Of a stretch of 64,000 nucleotides of DNA, positions 47,903 through 57,819 are shown one piece after another. The position numbers were made by a program, and so were the translations under genes. Position 1 is the stretch's first letter; each line of letters starts with the position of its first letter. The notes below the pieces were generated by a model. That model searched no databases, was not told the DNA's origin, and saw only the letters and a list, made by a program, of their open reading frames with translations. Origin of the DNA: Candidatus Hydrogenedentota bacterium (GTDB taxonomy: Bacteria; Hydrogenedentota; Hydrogenedentia; Hydrogenedentales; SLHB01); contig CAXXTH010000012.1 in assembly GCA_963668025.2 (NCBI GenBank), forward strand, positions 32,001 to 96,000. Reading direction: 5' to 3'.

Positions 47903-48220
47903 ATCCACCCTGTGCCATTTCCGCGGATGCAGTGCATTTATGAATGTATGAATCAACTGTTCGAGAAGGTAAACGAGAATATACATTGTTATGTCGTTAC
48001 ATTGGGTTGTGGGCAAAGCCCACGTCAGGGTATTATCCCCTGCTTGAAGATTTTGCTTATATTTGCTATGAGTAAAACGTTTTCCTTGTATCCAGCACGA
48101 TACTGGCTCATCCCGGATCTGGTGGAGGATGGATGGACCAGCCTAGGCGGACGGCGAGCCATGCATGGCGGCTGGAGCCCATCCATGGCGCGCCCTTTTC
48201 CCATGAGGGAGCCGGAATAC

Positions 48221-49528
48221 ATGATGCGATGGGCGGGAATTGCGGCACGAGTGCTGGCAACGCTGCTGATTGCCGCCACCCTTTGCATGTGTGGGTCTCG
48301 AGGGAGCGAGCAATCCACCATCCGGTTCTGGAATGGCTTCACTGGCCCCGACGGGCGCACCATGCTGCGGATGGTAAAGGCCTTCCACCGGGAAACGCCT
48401 GACACCTATATCATCCAGCAGCGCATGGACTGGGCGACCTACTTCAATAAACTCATTGTGGCCGGCTTGGGCGGGCGGGCGCCTGAAATATTCGCCGTTC
48501 ATATTGATGATATTCCCCGATTGTTACAGGCGGGATTTATACGTCCTCTCGATGACCTTCTTTCCGGCGCGGATGGCATTGACGCAAACGATTTTTACCC
48601 GACGGTGTGGAATGCCGTGGCCCATGATGGCAAACATTATGCCTTGCCGCTGGATGTCCATCCCATGGGGATGTATTACAACAAAGCTATGTTCCGGGAA
48701 GCAGGCATTGTGGATGAACGAGGCGAAACCAAGCCGCCCCGCACGCAGGCGGAGTTCCTGGATGCCATCCAAAAAATCACCAAAGACTTAAACGGCGATG
48801 GCGAGCCCGATCAATGGGGATTTGTCATCACGTATATGCGTTATAACTTCATCAGCTTTGCGGCCCAATGGGGCGGCGGGATCATGGCGAAAGATGAAAA
48901 CACATGCATATTGGACGCTCCCGAAAATGCATCCGCACTCGAGTTCTGGCTGGCGCTGCTCGACCAAAAACTCACGCCTCCCCCGCAAGACTTCGGTTCG
49001 TGGGTGGGCTTTCTGCAAGGGCGGGTGGGAATGGCCTTTGAAGGCATCTATATGCTGGCCGACGTGAAACGCCAGAAGGATCTGGACTGGGGGGCGGCTC
49101 CATTGCCGCAAATCGGCCCGGCCCGGCCCGCCACGTGGGCGAGTTCGCATGTCTTGTGTATGCGGACGGACCTGGATGATGAGACGGTGCGGAAAGCATG
49201 GCATTTTATGAAATATCTATCCGAACATGCGCTGGACTGGGCCGAAGGAGGCCAGGTTCCTGTCCGCCTCTCCCAGCTACAAAGCCCACGTTTTCAAGCC
49301 ATGACGGCGCAATCGGCATTTGCGAAACAACTGGAATACATCGAGTACGCGCCAAGAGTGCCGTATGTGTTTGAAGCGCTCTCGACGACAGATATCGCTC
49401 TGGAACAGGCGATACGCGGCCTTCAGACGCCTGCGGCAGCTTTAGCGGATGGAAAGGCGGAAATCGAGCGCGTCATCGCACGCAGCCAGGTTATGAACGC
49501 GCAAGCGAGGAGCCGGGGGAATGAATAA
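48221..49528 (+). CDS. Sugar ABC transporter substrate-binding protein
   Basis: Signal/lipobox-like LCMC; FWNGFTGPDG, YALPLD.HP.G.YYNK..F.EAG, WASSH. Confidence 0.92.
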   Translation: MMRWAGIAARVLATLLIAATLCMCGSRGSEQSTIRFWNGFTGPDGRTMLRMVKAFHRETPDTYIIQQRMDWATYFNKLIVAGLGGRAPEIFAVHIDDIPRLLQAGFIRPLDDLLSGADGIDANDFYPTVWNAVAHDGKHYALPLDVHPMGMYYNKAMFREAGIVDERGETKPPRTQAEFLDAIQKITKDLNGDGEPDQWGFVITYMRYNFISFAAQWGGGIMAKDENTCILDAPENASALEFWLALLDQKLTPPPQDFGSWVGFLQGRVGMAFEGIYMLADVKRQKDLDWGAAPLPQIGPARPATWASSHVLCMRTDLDDETVRKAWHFMKYLSEHALDWAEGGQVPVRLSQLQSPRFQAMTAQSAFAKQLEYIEYAPRVPYVFEALSTTDIALEQAIRGLQTPAAALADGKAEIERVIARSQVMNAQARSRGNE

Positions 49529-50393
49529 CGGGCGTTTATGGCGGCGGTACTCGGGCTACTTGTTCTTGGCCCCATATCTTCTGTTGTTCAGTAGTTTCTT
49601 GGCGCTCCCTCTCCTATACGGACTCATCTTGAGTCTCTTCCAATGGGAGTTGCTCTCGCCTGCTCCACCCCATTTCGTAGGGCTGGCCAACTACGACGAA
49701 GCATTAAACAGCGTATATTTCTGGAAAGCGTTATGGGCCACTTTCCGGTTTGTCTTGATGTCGGTTCCGCTGACCGTGGGGCTGGGGCTGGCGCTGGCGG
49801 CAGGCGTGAACGCCATCTCCACCCGGCGGCAATCTTTCTACCGATCCGCGTTTTTCCTGCCCACCTTGCTCTCGATAAGCGTGGTGGGGATGCTGTGGAG
49901 CTGGTTTTACAACACGGAATTCGGCTTGTTCAATGCATGCCTGGGGTATTTTGGATATAAAGCGCCTTGGATCGCTAGTGAGCGCTGGGCCATGAAATCC
50001 ATCGTCTTGATGACCCTTTGGTGGGGCGTGGGCGGGCCGATGGTGATATTGCTGGCAGGACTACAACAAATTCCCCGGCAATATTATGAAGCGGCGGCGA
50101 TTGATGGCGCGGGGGCGTTCAGCCAATTCCGGCATGTAACCGCGCCACTGTTACGGCCGGTTTTATTGTTTGTAACCATCATGAATATTATCGGCAGTTT
50201 CCAGATTTTTGGGCAAACCTTCATCGTAACCCGGGGCGGGCCAGCCTTGTCCACCCGTGTGCTGGTTCAATACATCTACGAGACCGCTTTCACCCATTAC
50301 CGCATGGGATTGGGGGCCGCCATGAGCTGGCTGTTATTTGTATGTATCGCGGTGTTTTCCATTGTCCAATTCCGCTGGGTGAGGGAGCGCTGA
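49521..50393 (+). CDS. Carbohydrate ABC transporter permease
   Basis: YLFLAP, LAGLQQIP..YYEAAAIDGA (EAA loop), T.GGP..ST. Confidence 0.95.
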   Translation: MNNGRLWRRYSGYLFLAPYLLLFSSFLALPLLYGLILSLFQWELLSPAPPHFVGLANYDEALNSVYFWKALWATFRFVLMSVPLTVGLGLALAAGVNAISTRRQSFYRSAFFLPTLLSISVVGMLWSWFYNTEFGLFNACLGYFGYKAPWIASERWAMKSIVLMTLWWGVGGPMVILLAGLQQIPRQYYEAAAIDGAGAFSQFRHVTAPLLRPVLLFVTIMNIIGSFQIFGQTFIVTRGGPALSTRVLVQYIYETAFTHYRMGLGAAMSWLLFVCIAVFSIVQFRWVRER

Positions 50394-50397
50394 AGCC

Positions 50398-51231
50398 ATG
50401 GCAATCGAAAAGCGCATTTGGCGGTTGGCAATCGAGGGATGCACGTTCGCGGGGGCGTCGATCATGTTAGCGCCCATCGCACTCCTCGTGATCACCTCGT
50501 TCAAGACCGACAGCGAAATCATCCATTTTCAAAGCATTTGGCCGCAGGATTGGACGCTCATCAATTTCCGGACGGTATTAGGCACGCCGGAAGAGATTCC
50601 CTTGGTGCGGTGGCTGGGAAACAGCCTCTTCATATCTTCTTCGGTTACCGCGCTGGTGCTGCTGGTGGATTCTCTGGCGGCGTATGGGCTGGCCCGGCTC
50701 CACTTGCCGGGCGGAAAAATCGTGTTCGGCTTCATCATTGCTATGCTGATGGTTCCGGGACAAATACTGTTAATTCCCGTGTATCTCATTCTGAACCGCC
50801 TAGGCTGGCTGGATACCCCGCTGGCGTTGATTATCCCGGCAGGCAGCGGCGCGTTTGGCGTGTTTCTGTTGCATCAATTTTTCTTGGGCATCCCAAGAGA
50901 TCTCGAAGACGCCGCGGCGATTGACGGGTGTTCACGATTAGGCATCTATGCGCGAATTGTAGCGCCTCTATCGAAACCGGCATTGGCGACCCTGGGGATT
51001 TTTACGTTCATGGGCTCATGGAATGATTTCCTCGGGCCGATGGTGTTCATGGATAGCGTGGACAAGTATACGCTGCCGGTGGGCATAGCCCTCTTCCAGA
51101 CTTCGTATTCCATGGAATATGGATTAACGCTGGCGGCATGCCTCCTCTGCACGATACCCACCTTAATCATTTTCCTGTTATTTCAACGGCACATTGTCGA
51201 AGGCATCGCACTCACCGGGCTGAAAGATTAA
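50398..51231 (+). CDS. Carbohydrate ABC transporter permease
   Basis: TSFK, AAYGLAR, IPRDLEDAAAIDG, WNDFL.P, TLPVG, G..G.K. Confidence 0.95.
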   Translation: MAIEKRIWRLAIEGCTFAGASIMLAPIALLVITSFKTDSEIIHFQSIWPQDWTLINFRTVLGTPEEIPLVRWLGNSLFISSSVTALVLLVDSLAAYGLARLHLPGGKIVFGFIIAMLMVPGQILLIPVYLILNRLGWLDTPLALIIPAGSGAFGVFLLHQFFLGIPRDLEDAAAIDGCSRLGIYARIVAPLSKPALATLGIFTFMGSWNDFLGPMVFMDSVDKYTLPVGIALFQTSYSMEYGLTLAACLLCTIPTLIIFLLFQRHIVEGIALTGLKD

Positions 51232-51372
51232 TTGTCGATGATTTCCCTCATAATTACGAGCCGCAAAACACAGTGGATACGAAACTTACTGTGAATATTT
51301 CGGATTATTCCTCATGGAGTTAAAGAGATTCAAAGAAAATGAACATGTATTCATCGGGAGCAGATCGGCACT

Positions 51373-51882
51373 ATGCAGTTCTTTCAGATGAGATATAAGT
51401 GCAGGTATATAGGAATTGCGTGTTTTATGAGCTGCCTGCTGTTTGGATGCCGCGTATACAAAGAGTTTACCGACAGTTATGTACAGGATAAGGAACAGCG
51501 GCTGGCCATAGGCCAAGAGGAAGAGGAATTCTGGAACGGCGGCGGCAGGATGGTCAAAACTCTACCGGATATCGACGGCCTGCTTACGGTCCGCTATTCC
51601 CTGGATACAAATGAAGTTTGGGCACGGGGAACCACTGAATTACCGAGTGAAACACTTATCCAGGAATTCAAACAATCCGGTTGGCAGGAATCGGCATCAA
51701 TGGCTCCTTACCTTTTACCGCTCAGTCCCAATCATTTTCGTGCAGCGCCAGATATATCGTGGTGGCCGGGTTCCGGCCTCTCGTCTGCCACCGGCACTTT
51801 TCTGGAAGGGCCAGCCGGGACAGCGGTGCGTGCATGGATTCCTCACGGCGAAACCTGCTTCTATCTTTGGGATTTGGGGTAA
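51373..51882 (+). CDS. Hypothetical lipoprotein
   Basis: Possible lipobox LFGC; GGGAG upstream; no recognisable domain. Confidence 0.55.
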   Translation: MQFFQMRYKCRYIGIACFMSCLLFGCRVYKEFTDSYVQDKEQRLAIGQEEEEFWNGGGRMVKTLPDIDGLLTVRYSLDTNEVWARGTTELPSETLIQEFKQSGWQESASMAPYLLPLSPNHFRAAPDISWWPGSGLSSATGTFLEGPAGTAVRAWIPHGETCFYLWDLG

Positions 51883-51953
51883 TAAGTGCCTAACGAACAG
51901 AAACCCACGCCATTCTTCTTTATCCCCTGTGTTTCGGCTTGTTTCCAGCACAT

Positions 51954-51982
51954 TTGACATGGAATGTGGACGCCATTATGCT
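51954..51982 (+). promoter_or_regulatory. Sigma70-type promoter
   Basis: TTGACA-17 bp-TATGCT upstream of the DHS-like gene. Confidence 0.7.
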
Positions 51983-52064
51983 TCCAGGATATTACAACTT
52001 TTAAATTAGTAATATTTGGAAAGCGGTTTGAAAAGTCGTTTCAAAAGAAAGGCGGCATGCGCAT

Positions 52065-53183
52065 ATGGCGGCGAAACAGTCCAACCATACTACAAAAACA
52101 GTAACAAACTCGGTGTCGCGGGAGCTGAGCCGGGAAGAACGGCGTCGCAAACAGGGGTTGTTCGCCCATCCGGTGAAACCGATTGATGTGAAATCCTGCA
52201 CGGGGATTGCGAGTTTGGTGGAAGGCATGAAAGGCATGTCGATCCAAGCGCGCAATATAGGCCTGTGCGCGTCGGTGCTGGAGCGGATGATGAAGGATAA
52301 GGCGCGGCCGACGGTTTTTCTCGGGCTTGCAGGCCCTTTGATTGCAGCCGGGCTCCGCACCTTGATTCGCGATCTGGTGGCGGGAGGTTATGTGGATGCC
52401 GTCGTTTCGACAGGAGCCATCATCTACCAAGATATCTACCAGGCGCGCGGGCACCGTCATTATCAAGGGTCAGTTGTTGCGGATGACACGGCATTGCGCT
52501 CGTTATACATAGACCGCATATATGACACGTATGTAGATGAGGAGAAATTTTGGGACACCGATATCTGGTGTGGCGCGGTGGCGGATGAGTTAACGCCGGG
52601 GGCCTATTCTTCCCGGCAGTATCTCAGCCACTTAGGCTCGAAGCTTACGGATGGCGGTTCGATTCTTTACACCTGCTGCCAGATGGGCGTTCCCATGTTT
52701 TGCCCGGCGTTGAACGACAGCTCGATTGGCATTGGGCTTACACACCACCGGCATCGCTGTAAAATGGAGAAACGGCCAGGAATAACCATCGATTCCATTC
52801 AAGACAATTATGAGCTGACACAAATCGTGGTGAAATCCAAGAAGACCGCAGCCATCTATGTGGCGGGAGGCGTGTCCAAAAATTACATCAATGATTCCGT
52901 CGTGATGGGTTATATTTTTGGCCTTGATCGCGGGCATGATTACGCATTACAGGTGACAACCGCCGTCACGGCGGATGGGGGGCTTTCCTCGAGTACGCTC
53001 GGTGAAGCCCAGAGCTGGGGAAAAATCCGTTCCGATGCGGATTTCGCCATGGCTTGGGTGGAGCCCAGTGTAGCGCTGCCGTTGCTGGCGGGTTATCTTT
53101 TCGAGCGGTTCCCAGCTCCATGCAGGCCGCGCCTCCGTTATGGCTGGAATGACGACCTCTTGACTGCTTTGCGTCGGGAGTGA
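52065..53183 (+). CDS. Deoxyhypusine synthase-like protein
   Basis: FLGLAG.L..AG, VSTGA, IDRIYD, PA..DSSIG, GGV.KN, DGGLSSST..EA.SWGK (catalytic Lys). Confidence 0.92.
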   Translation: MAAKQSNHTTKTVTNSVSRELSREERRRKQGLFAHPVKPIDVKSCTGIASLVEGMKGMSIQARNIGLCASVLERMMKDKARPTVFLGLAGPLIAAGLRTLIRDLVAGGYVDAVVSTGAIIYQDIYQARGHRHYQGSVVADDTALRSLYIDRIYDTYVDEEKFWDTDIWCGAVADELTPGAYSSRQYLSHLGSKLTDGGSILYTCCQMGVPMFCPALNDSSIGIGLTHHRHRCKMEKRPGITIDSIQDNYELTQIVVKSKKTAAIYVAGGVSKNYINDSVVMGYIFGLDRGHDYALQVTTAVTADGGLSSSTLGEAQSWGKIRSDADFAMAWVEPSVALPLLAGYLFERFPAPCRPRLRYGWNDDLLTALRRE

Positions 53184-53341
53184 GCGAAAACGCGTATCGG
53201 GCAGAAAGCCAGCACATAGAGCTGTGCTATATATACGACAAGTCAATTTTTAAAATGCAATTGCTTTCATCAATAAGGCATAATTGCCGCCGTCACAAGA
53301 GAGATTGCCACTACATATCTTAACCCGGAATTGGAGGCCAT

Positions 53342-54883
53342 ATGCGAGCGCATGTATTCACAATTTATGTTTTAGCTTTGTGCATTTTACTTGCCACCGT
53401 TACCGCTTCAGGGGAAGACGAAATGACATTGTCTATGAAGTCAGGTTTGGCGCCCAATCAAGTTCTCCAGTGCGATGAGAATGACACCGCGATGCTTGAA
53501 TGCTCCGGTGAAACCACGCCAGGCGTTCGGGGAACACTCGAAGGACGAATCGTATCATCCAGTACGCCTGGTCAGGTGGTGCTTGATTGGCGGGTGTTGC
53601 GCAGGAATGTTCCTCACCGGTGGGTGGTTCGCATTAAGGATATCCCCGTGGGTGGGCCTTACACTTTGGAATTGTGCGTTCGGGATGATAAGGAGCGTGC
53701 CGTTTGCTCCCAGACTATAGCGCCATTCTTCGTTGGCGATATCTGGCTGCTCGGGGGGCAATCGAATATGGCGGGCGCCGGCAATATAACTGATGTTACC
53801 CCGCCCAATGAGCGGGTCATGGTTTTCGCGATGAATGACAACTGGCGGCAGGCCGAGGAACCGTTGCATCGCTTAGCCGAAGGACGCTATTTTGCCTATA
53901 ATCCGAGCATAAAAGGGGATGTACAAGAAGAAGCCATTCCAGACGTGAAAGGCCCATTTCTCAAGGGCGCGGGCATCGGGCTGCCTTTTGCGGATGAAAT
54001 AGCCAAGGCAACAGGCCGCCCCATTGGGCTAGTGCCCTGCGCGGTGGGCGGCACGTCCATGGACCAGTGGAGTCCTGCCCTGAAAAAAGATGGCGGCCGT
54101 TCGCTATATGGCGCGATGCTTGCCCGTTTTCATGCCGTAGGCGGAAAAGCAAAAGGGCTATTGTGGTATCAAGGTGAAGCGGAAGCTGGCCCGGAAGCGG
54201 CGGCAGTGTTTCAGTCAAAATTCGTGGCATTCGCAAAAGCATTGCGCGACGATTTCGATGCGCCCCAATTTCCTATTTACTATGTTCAAATAGGCCGTTT
54301 CATTCTTGATCCAAATGATGGGATGGAACCATCCTGGAGTTTTGCGCAACAGGTGCAGTTGGATTGTGAGCCGCTGATACAATATGGCGGAATGGTTCCT
54401 TCCGTGGATTTGGAGCTGGATGATTTAATCCACATGAATACCCAAAGCAGCAAGAAGCTTGCCCAGCGCCTCGCGAAACAGGTGCTGCGCGATCTCTACG
54501 GCGGGGCCAAAATCGAAAATGGCCCACGGCCGCAGTCCGCCGTATGGGTGGATACGCCATATGGCCCCACCATCCGTGTTACGTTCAAGGGCGTGAATGG
54601 CCGCCTCCTCTGTAATGGACGCCTGAGCGGTTTCAGGCTCTGTGATGCGGATAAGAATACATTGCCGGTCGTTTATAACCAGCAAGTGGCAACGGATGCG
54701 CCCGACACGGTTGTCCTTTGGATTTCAAACATACCCGAGATGAAGCTCACCGTCGCCGAGCCGGAAAAGACCTTTGTGTATTACGGGAGAAGCAGAAATC
54801 CTTACTGCAACCTTACAGATGAACAAGACATGGGCACGCCTGCATTCGGGCCTCTGCCTGTCACGAAAAACGCCGCACCATAA
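53342..54883 (+). CDS. Secreted sialate O-acetylesterase / CE6-like SGNH esterase
   Basis: VGDIWL.GGQSNM, IGLVPCA.GGT, LWYQGE, D.IH catalytic dyad. Confidence 0.88.
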   Translation: MRAHVFTIYVLALCILLATVTASGEDEMTLSMKSGLAPNQVLQCDENDTAMLECSGETTPGVRGTLEGRIVSSSTPGQVVLDWRVLRRNVPHRWVVRIKDIPVGGPYTLELCVRDDKERAVCSQTIAPFFVGDIWLLGGQSNMAGAGNITDVTPPNERVMVFAMNDNWRQAEEPLHRLAEGRYFAYNPSIKGDVQEEAIPDVKGPFLKGAGIGLPFADEIAKATGRPIGLVPCAVGGTSMDQWSPALKKDGGRSLYGAMLARFHAVGGKAKGLLWYQGEAEAGPEAAAVFQSKFVAFAKALRDDFDAPQFPIYYVQIGRFILDPNDGMEPSWSFAQQVQLDCEPLIQYGGMVPSVDLELDDLIHMNTQSSKKLAQRLAKQVLRDLYGGAKIENGPRPQSAVWVDTPYGPTIRVTFKGVNGRLLCNGRLSGFRLCDADKNTLPVVYNQQVATDAPDTVVLWISNIPEMKLTVAEPEKTFVYYGRSRNPYCNLTDEQDMGTPAFGPLPVTKNAAP

Positions 54884-54890
54884 CCTGTAT

Positions 54891-54931
54891 AAGAAAGCCA
54901 GCCGCCCGAATGAACGGGCGGCTGGCTGTTT
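54891..54931. terminator. Bidirectional intrinsic terminator
   Basis: agccagccgcccg-aatgaa-cgggcggctggct between convergent genes. Confidence 0.88.
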
Positions 54932-54946
54932 ACTTTGTCTATTTCA

Positions 54947-56257
54947 TTAGAACTGGGGAAGGTGCGCTTTGTTCTTGCGCAGCATTTCATCCACCATTTT
55001 CCGAATTTCCGAAAGCGTCAATACGGCGGCGGTCAGCGGATCATAAGCAATGGCTTGAAATAGCAGCTTTGCATTGCCCGTCAACGCCGCTTCAACGGCC
55101 ATTTCTTCCGTGGCTACCGCGATGTTATTCAATGCCGCAAGCTGAATGGGCAATGGGCCCGCATACATGGGGCGAAGCGTATTTTTGCTGGCCAATACAG
55201 GTACTTCAACGCAGGCGAGGTCCGGAAGGTTTGGAATGAGCCCCGTGTTGGGCACGTTTCCATTGAATACGAACGGTTCACCGCCTATATAGGCATTGAT
55301 AATGGACGCGGCGTATTCATTGCCCCGTTCGAGCGGCATGGGCGCGCCGTCACTCAGCCATTTCTCGACTTCGCGTTTCCAGGTGCGCGCCGTATTCCGG
55401 TAGTCGTTCAGCGTGAAGGCATATTCGCCGGGATTCCAGCCGGTGCCGGACATACAGTACTTTTTGAGTAAATCCGGGCGTTTCCGGAACCACCAGTTAT
55501 ATTCCGAGTTGTGGCCGCTGGATTCGGTGACATAATAGTCCAACGCGAAAAACATCTCGTTTCGCACGATCTCGCCATCGTAATACTTCTTCTTTTGCAC
55601 CGCTTTGCGAATGAGGGGATAGGCGTCCACCCCGTTCCACTCATATTTCAAAAACCATGCCAGATGATTGATACCCGCGCAAAGATAGGTGATTTCATCG
55701 AAGGGAGCGCCAATCCAGTCGGATAGCATTTTCGCGGTTCCTTGCACGCTATGGCAAAGGCCGCTCACCTTCACTTTGGATTTACGCTGCATGGCCCGGC
55801 AGAGCATGGCCATGGGATTCGTATAATTGAGGAGCAATGCATTTGGGCATACGGCTTCTATGTCCGCACAGATATCCAGCATGACGGGAATCGTGCGCAA
55901 GGCCCGGAAAATGCCGCTCGGGCCGCGCGTATCGCCCACATTAATATTGACGCCATATTTCTTGGGAATCAGGATGTCATGCTGCCAAACATCCACGCCG
56001 CCCGCCAGGATGGTGCATAACACGGCGTCCGCACCTTTTAACGCTTCCCGGCGATCCTGGGTCGCTTCGATTTTCGCCGAATATCCGCCGCGCTCCACGA
56101 TGCTTTGTACGGCGCGCACCGCAAAATCCAAGCGTTCCGCATCGATATCCATCAGCGATATCGTTGCATCGCTTAGAAGCGGATAGGTTAATAAATCTCG
56201 GACGAGGCCCCGCGTGAACCCCAAACTCCCTGCACCGATGAATGCTACCTTCGACAT
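54947..56257 (-). CDS. melA: NAD-dependent alpha-galactosidase (GH4)
   Basis: [56 protein letters not shown]. Confidence 0.93.
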   Translation of the reverse strand: MSKVAFIGAGSLGFTRGLVRDLLTYPLLSDATISLMDIDAERLDFAVRAVQSIVERGGYSAKIEATQDRREALKGADAVLCTILAGGVDVWQHDILIPKKYGVNINVGDTRGPSGIFRALRTIPVMLDICADIEAVCPNALLLNYTNPMAMLCRAMQRKSKVKVSGLCHSVQGTAKMLSDWIGAPFDEITYLCAGINHLAWFLKYEWNGVDAYPLIRKAVQKKKYYDGEIVRNEMFFALDYYVTESSGHNSEYNWWFRKRPDLLKKYCMSGTGWNPGEYAFTLNDYRNTARTWKREVEKWLSDGAPMPLERGNEYAASIINAYIGGEPFVFNGNVPNTGLIPNLPDLACVEVPVLASKNTLRPMYAGPLPIQLAALNNIAVATEEMAVEAALTGNAKLLFQAIAYDPLTAAVLTLSEIRKMVDEMLRKNKAHLPQF

Positions 56258-56464
56258 ATAAACCCCTTTCTTCACTAATAATCCTGTAAAAATGGTGGTC
56301 GTATCCGTGCATGGCTGCCCCGGCGGCCCTCTACCCATCGGCAGTACAATAATCGTTGCTGATATAATTTGCACATTTTTTTGATGGCCGTTTGGGGGTG
56401 AAAAAAGAGTTTTCCATTAAAAACATCGCGCGGCATAGCCGCAACCAAAGAGCCGGATTTTGAG

Positions 56465-56517
56465 ACCATCAAATACACTAAATACACTAAAATTTGTAGG
56501 GTGGGGCTTGCCCCACC
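56465..56517. repeat. Composite 9-nt repeat plus GTAG REP (inverted copy of 23783-23842)
   Basis: accatcaaatacactaaatacactaaaatttgtagggtggggcttgccccacc. Confidence 0.85.
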
Positions 56518-56810
56518 GCTCAAGGGATACGCCTATATAGTCCCACCATAACTATTTGATATGCAAGGTATTATCAGGAAAATCTCCGCTAGAAAACGAC
56601 ATTTTGAAAGATAGTAGTACGTAGTGCTCAAGTGATGCGCGTTAAACAAACCGAAAGTCAATAAATAGTGCATAAAAATGCCTATATCAGTCATGAATTG
56701 CCTTCTGCAGCCTCTTGGCATAAGATATGGTGAGAGTAGCTCAGATTCACAGGTTGAAAGGCCAGTTTTGATTTGCAAGTTGAGCCGGTTGAGAAGAAGG
56801 AGGATGAGCA

Positions 56811-57500
56811 ATGGCGGATGCCTTTCGTGGCGTAGGCGCGCCTTACACAGGAAAAGAGCCGGGTTGGAAAGTTACGCTTGGCCGATGGTTCGAAGGCTGC
56901 CGCGATGCGTATAATGCCTATCGCGCAGGACGGGAATTTGCACGATATAGCGTGCTAGGTCTGAATGCGCTTGTTTTTTCCACATCGAGCTGTTTTAACG
57001 GCGGCCGGCGGGAAGACATCCATATCGGCCAGGGATTTGTGTGCCGCGGAATTCTGCGCCGGGAAACCTACGGCGCGGGAAAGATCGAGATTGGCGAGCG
57101 GGTCTATATTGGCGATAACACGATCGTGAGCAGCGCCGCAGGCATTCAGATTGGGCATCACACGCTTATATCCCACAACTGCCATATTTTTGATAACAAT
57201 TCACACAGCATTAATGCATTGGTGCGCATGCGCCATTTCGAGGCTCTCCTGTCGGTGGGGCATACGGAAAAATCATTTGATGTCTCTACTGCGCCGGTGT
57301 CGATTGGGGCCCATTGCTGGCTAGGATTTAACGTGACCGTCATGCGCGGAGTAACGATAGGCGACGGCTGTATTATCGCCTCGAATAGCGTAGTACTAAA
57401 AGATATACCGCCTTGGTCGCTGGCAGCAGGCAATCCGGCCAAAGTCATACGCCCGCTGGAAAATCTGGAAAGCGAGCTGCAACAGCAAGCAAGCCAATGA
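56811..57500 (+). CDS. Left-handed beta-helix acyltransferase (maltose/galactoside O-acetyltransferase-like)
   Basis: Hexapeptide repeats, D.NSH, V.IG..CW.G, GVTIGDG.II...SVV.KDIP, AGNPAKVIR. Confidence 0.9.
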   Translation: MADAFRGVGAPYTGKEPGWKVTLGRWFEGCRDAYNAYRAGREFARYSVLGLNALVFSTSSCFNGGRREDIHIGQGFVCRGILRRETYGAGKIEIGERVYIGDNTIVSSAAGIQIGHHTLISHNCHIFDNNSHSINALVRMRHFEALLSVGHTEKSFDVSTAPVSIGAHCWLGFNVTVMRGVTIGDGCIIASNSVVLKDIPPWSLAAGNPAKVIRPLENLESELQQQASQ

Positions 57501-57690
57501 GATGCGCGCTTCGCAACATCACAACCAACGATGTGGATTATCGGACCACGAAAGCCTTGCCGCATAACTGCGGTAAGTTCTTCGCTGCTGGGAGATGAGC
57601 TTTCCGGATATTTCACCACAAAGACGCCTGCCGCTCGGCTGCTCTTATTTTTTTACTGGCGCGTGGTGAGAAAATGTGGTATACTGCGGT

Positions 57691-57807
57691 TAGTGAAAGC
57701 AGCGTAGCGAGAATGGCTAAGCGTGAGTCCCGCAATGGACCTTCGATGGCATTTATAAAATGCCGGGAAAAGAGTAGCGCTCTCGACGCCGCTTTCACTA
57801 TTTTTTT
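57691..57807 (+). ncRNA. Candidate structured small RNA (~115 nt)
   Basis: Extended -10 TGTGGTATACT ends at 57685; 5' tagtgaaagcagcgt pairs with 3' acgccgctttcacta followed by T7; two internal hairpins. Confidence 0.55.
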
Positions 57808-57819
57808 GTGTCTCCCGCC

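Noticed and set aside
48106-48140. ctcatcc...ggtggagg resembling the start of a SAM-I riboswitch
   Set aside because: The GGGACTGGCCC..GAA.CC core and 3' elements are absent, and the downstream genes are a sugar importer.
47912-48220. Long N-terminal extensions in the ORF track (SBP; also FliM, MelA, RmlD-like, BCP)
   Set aside because: Family homology and RBS positions support downstream starts; extensions are non-protein-like.
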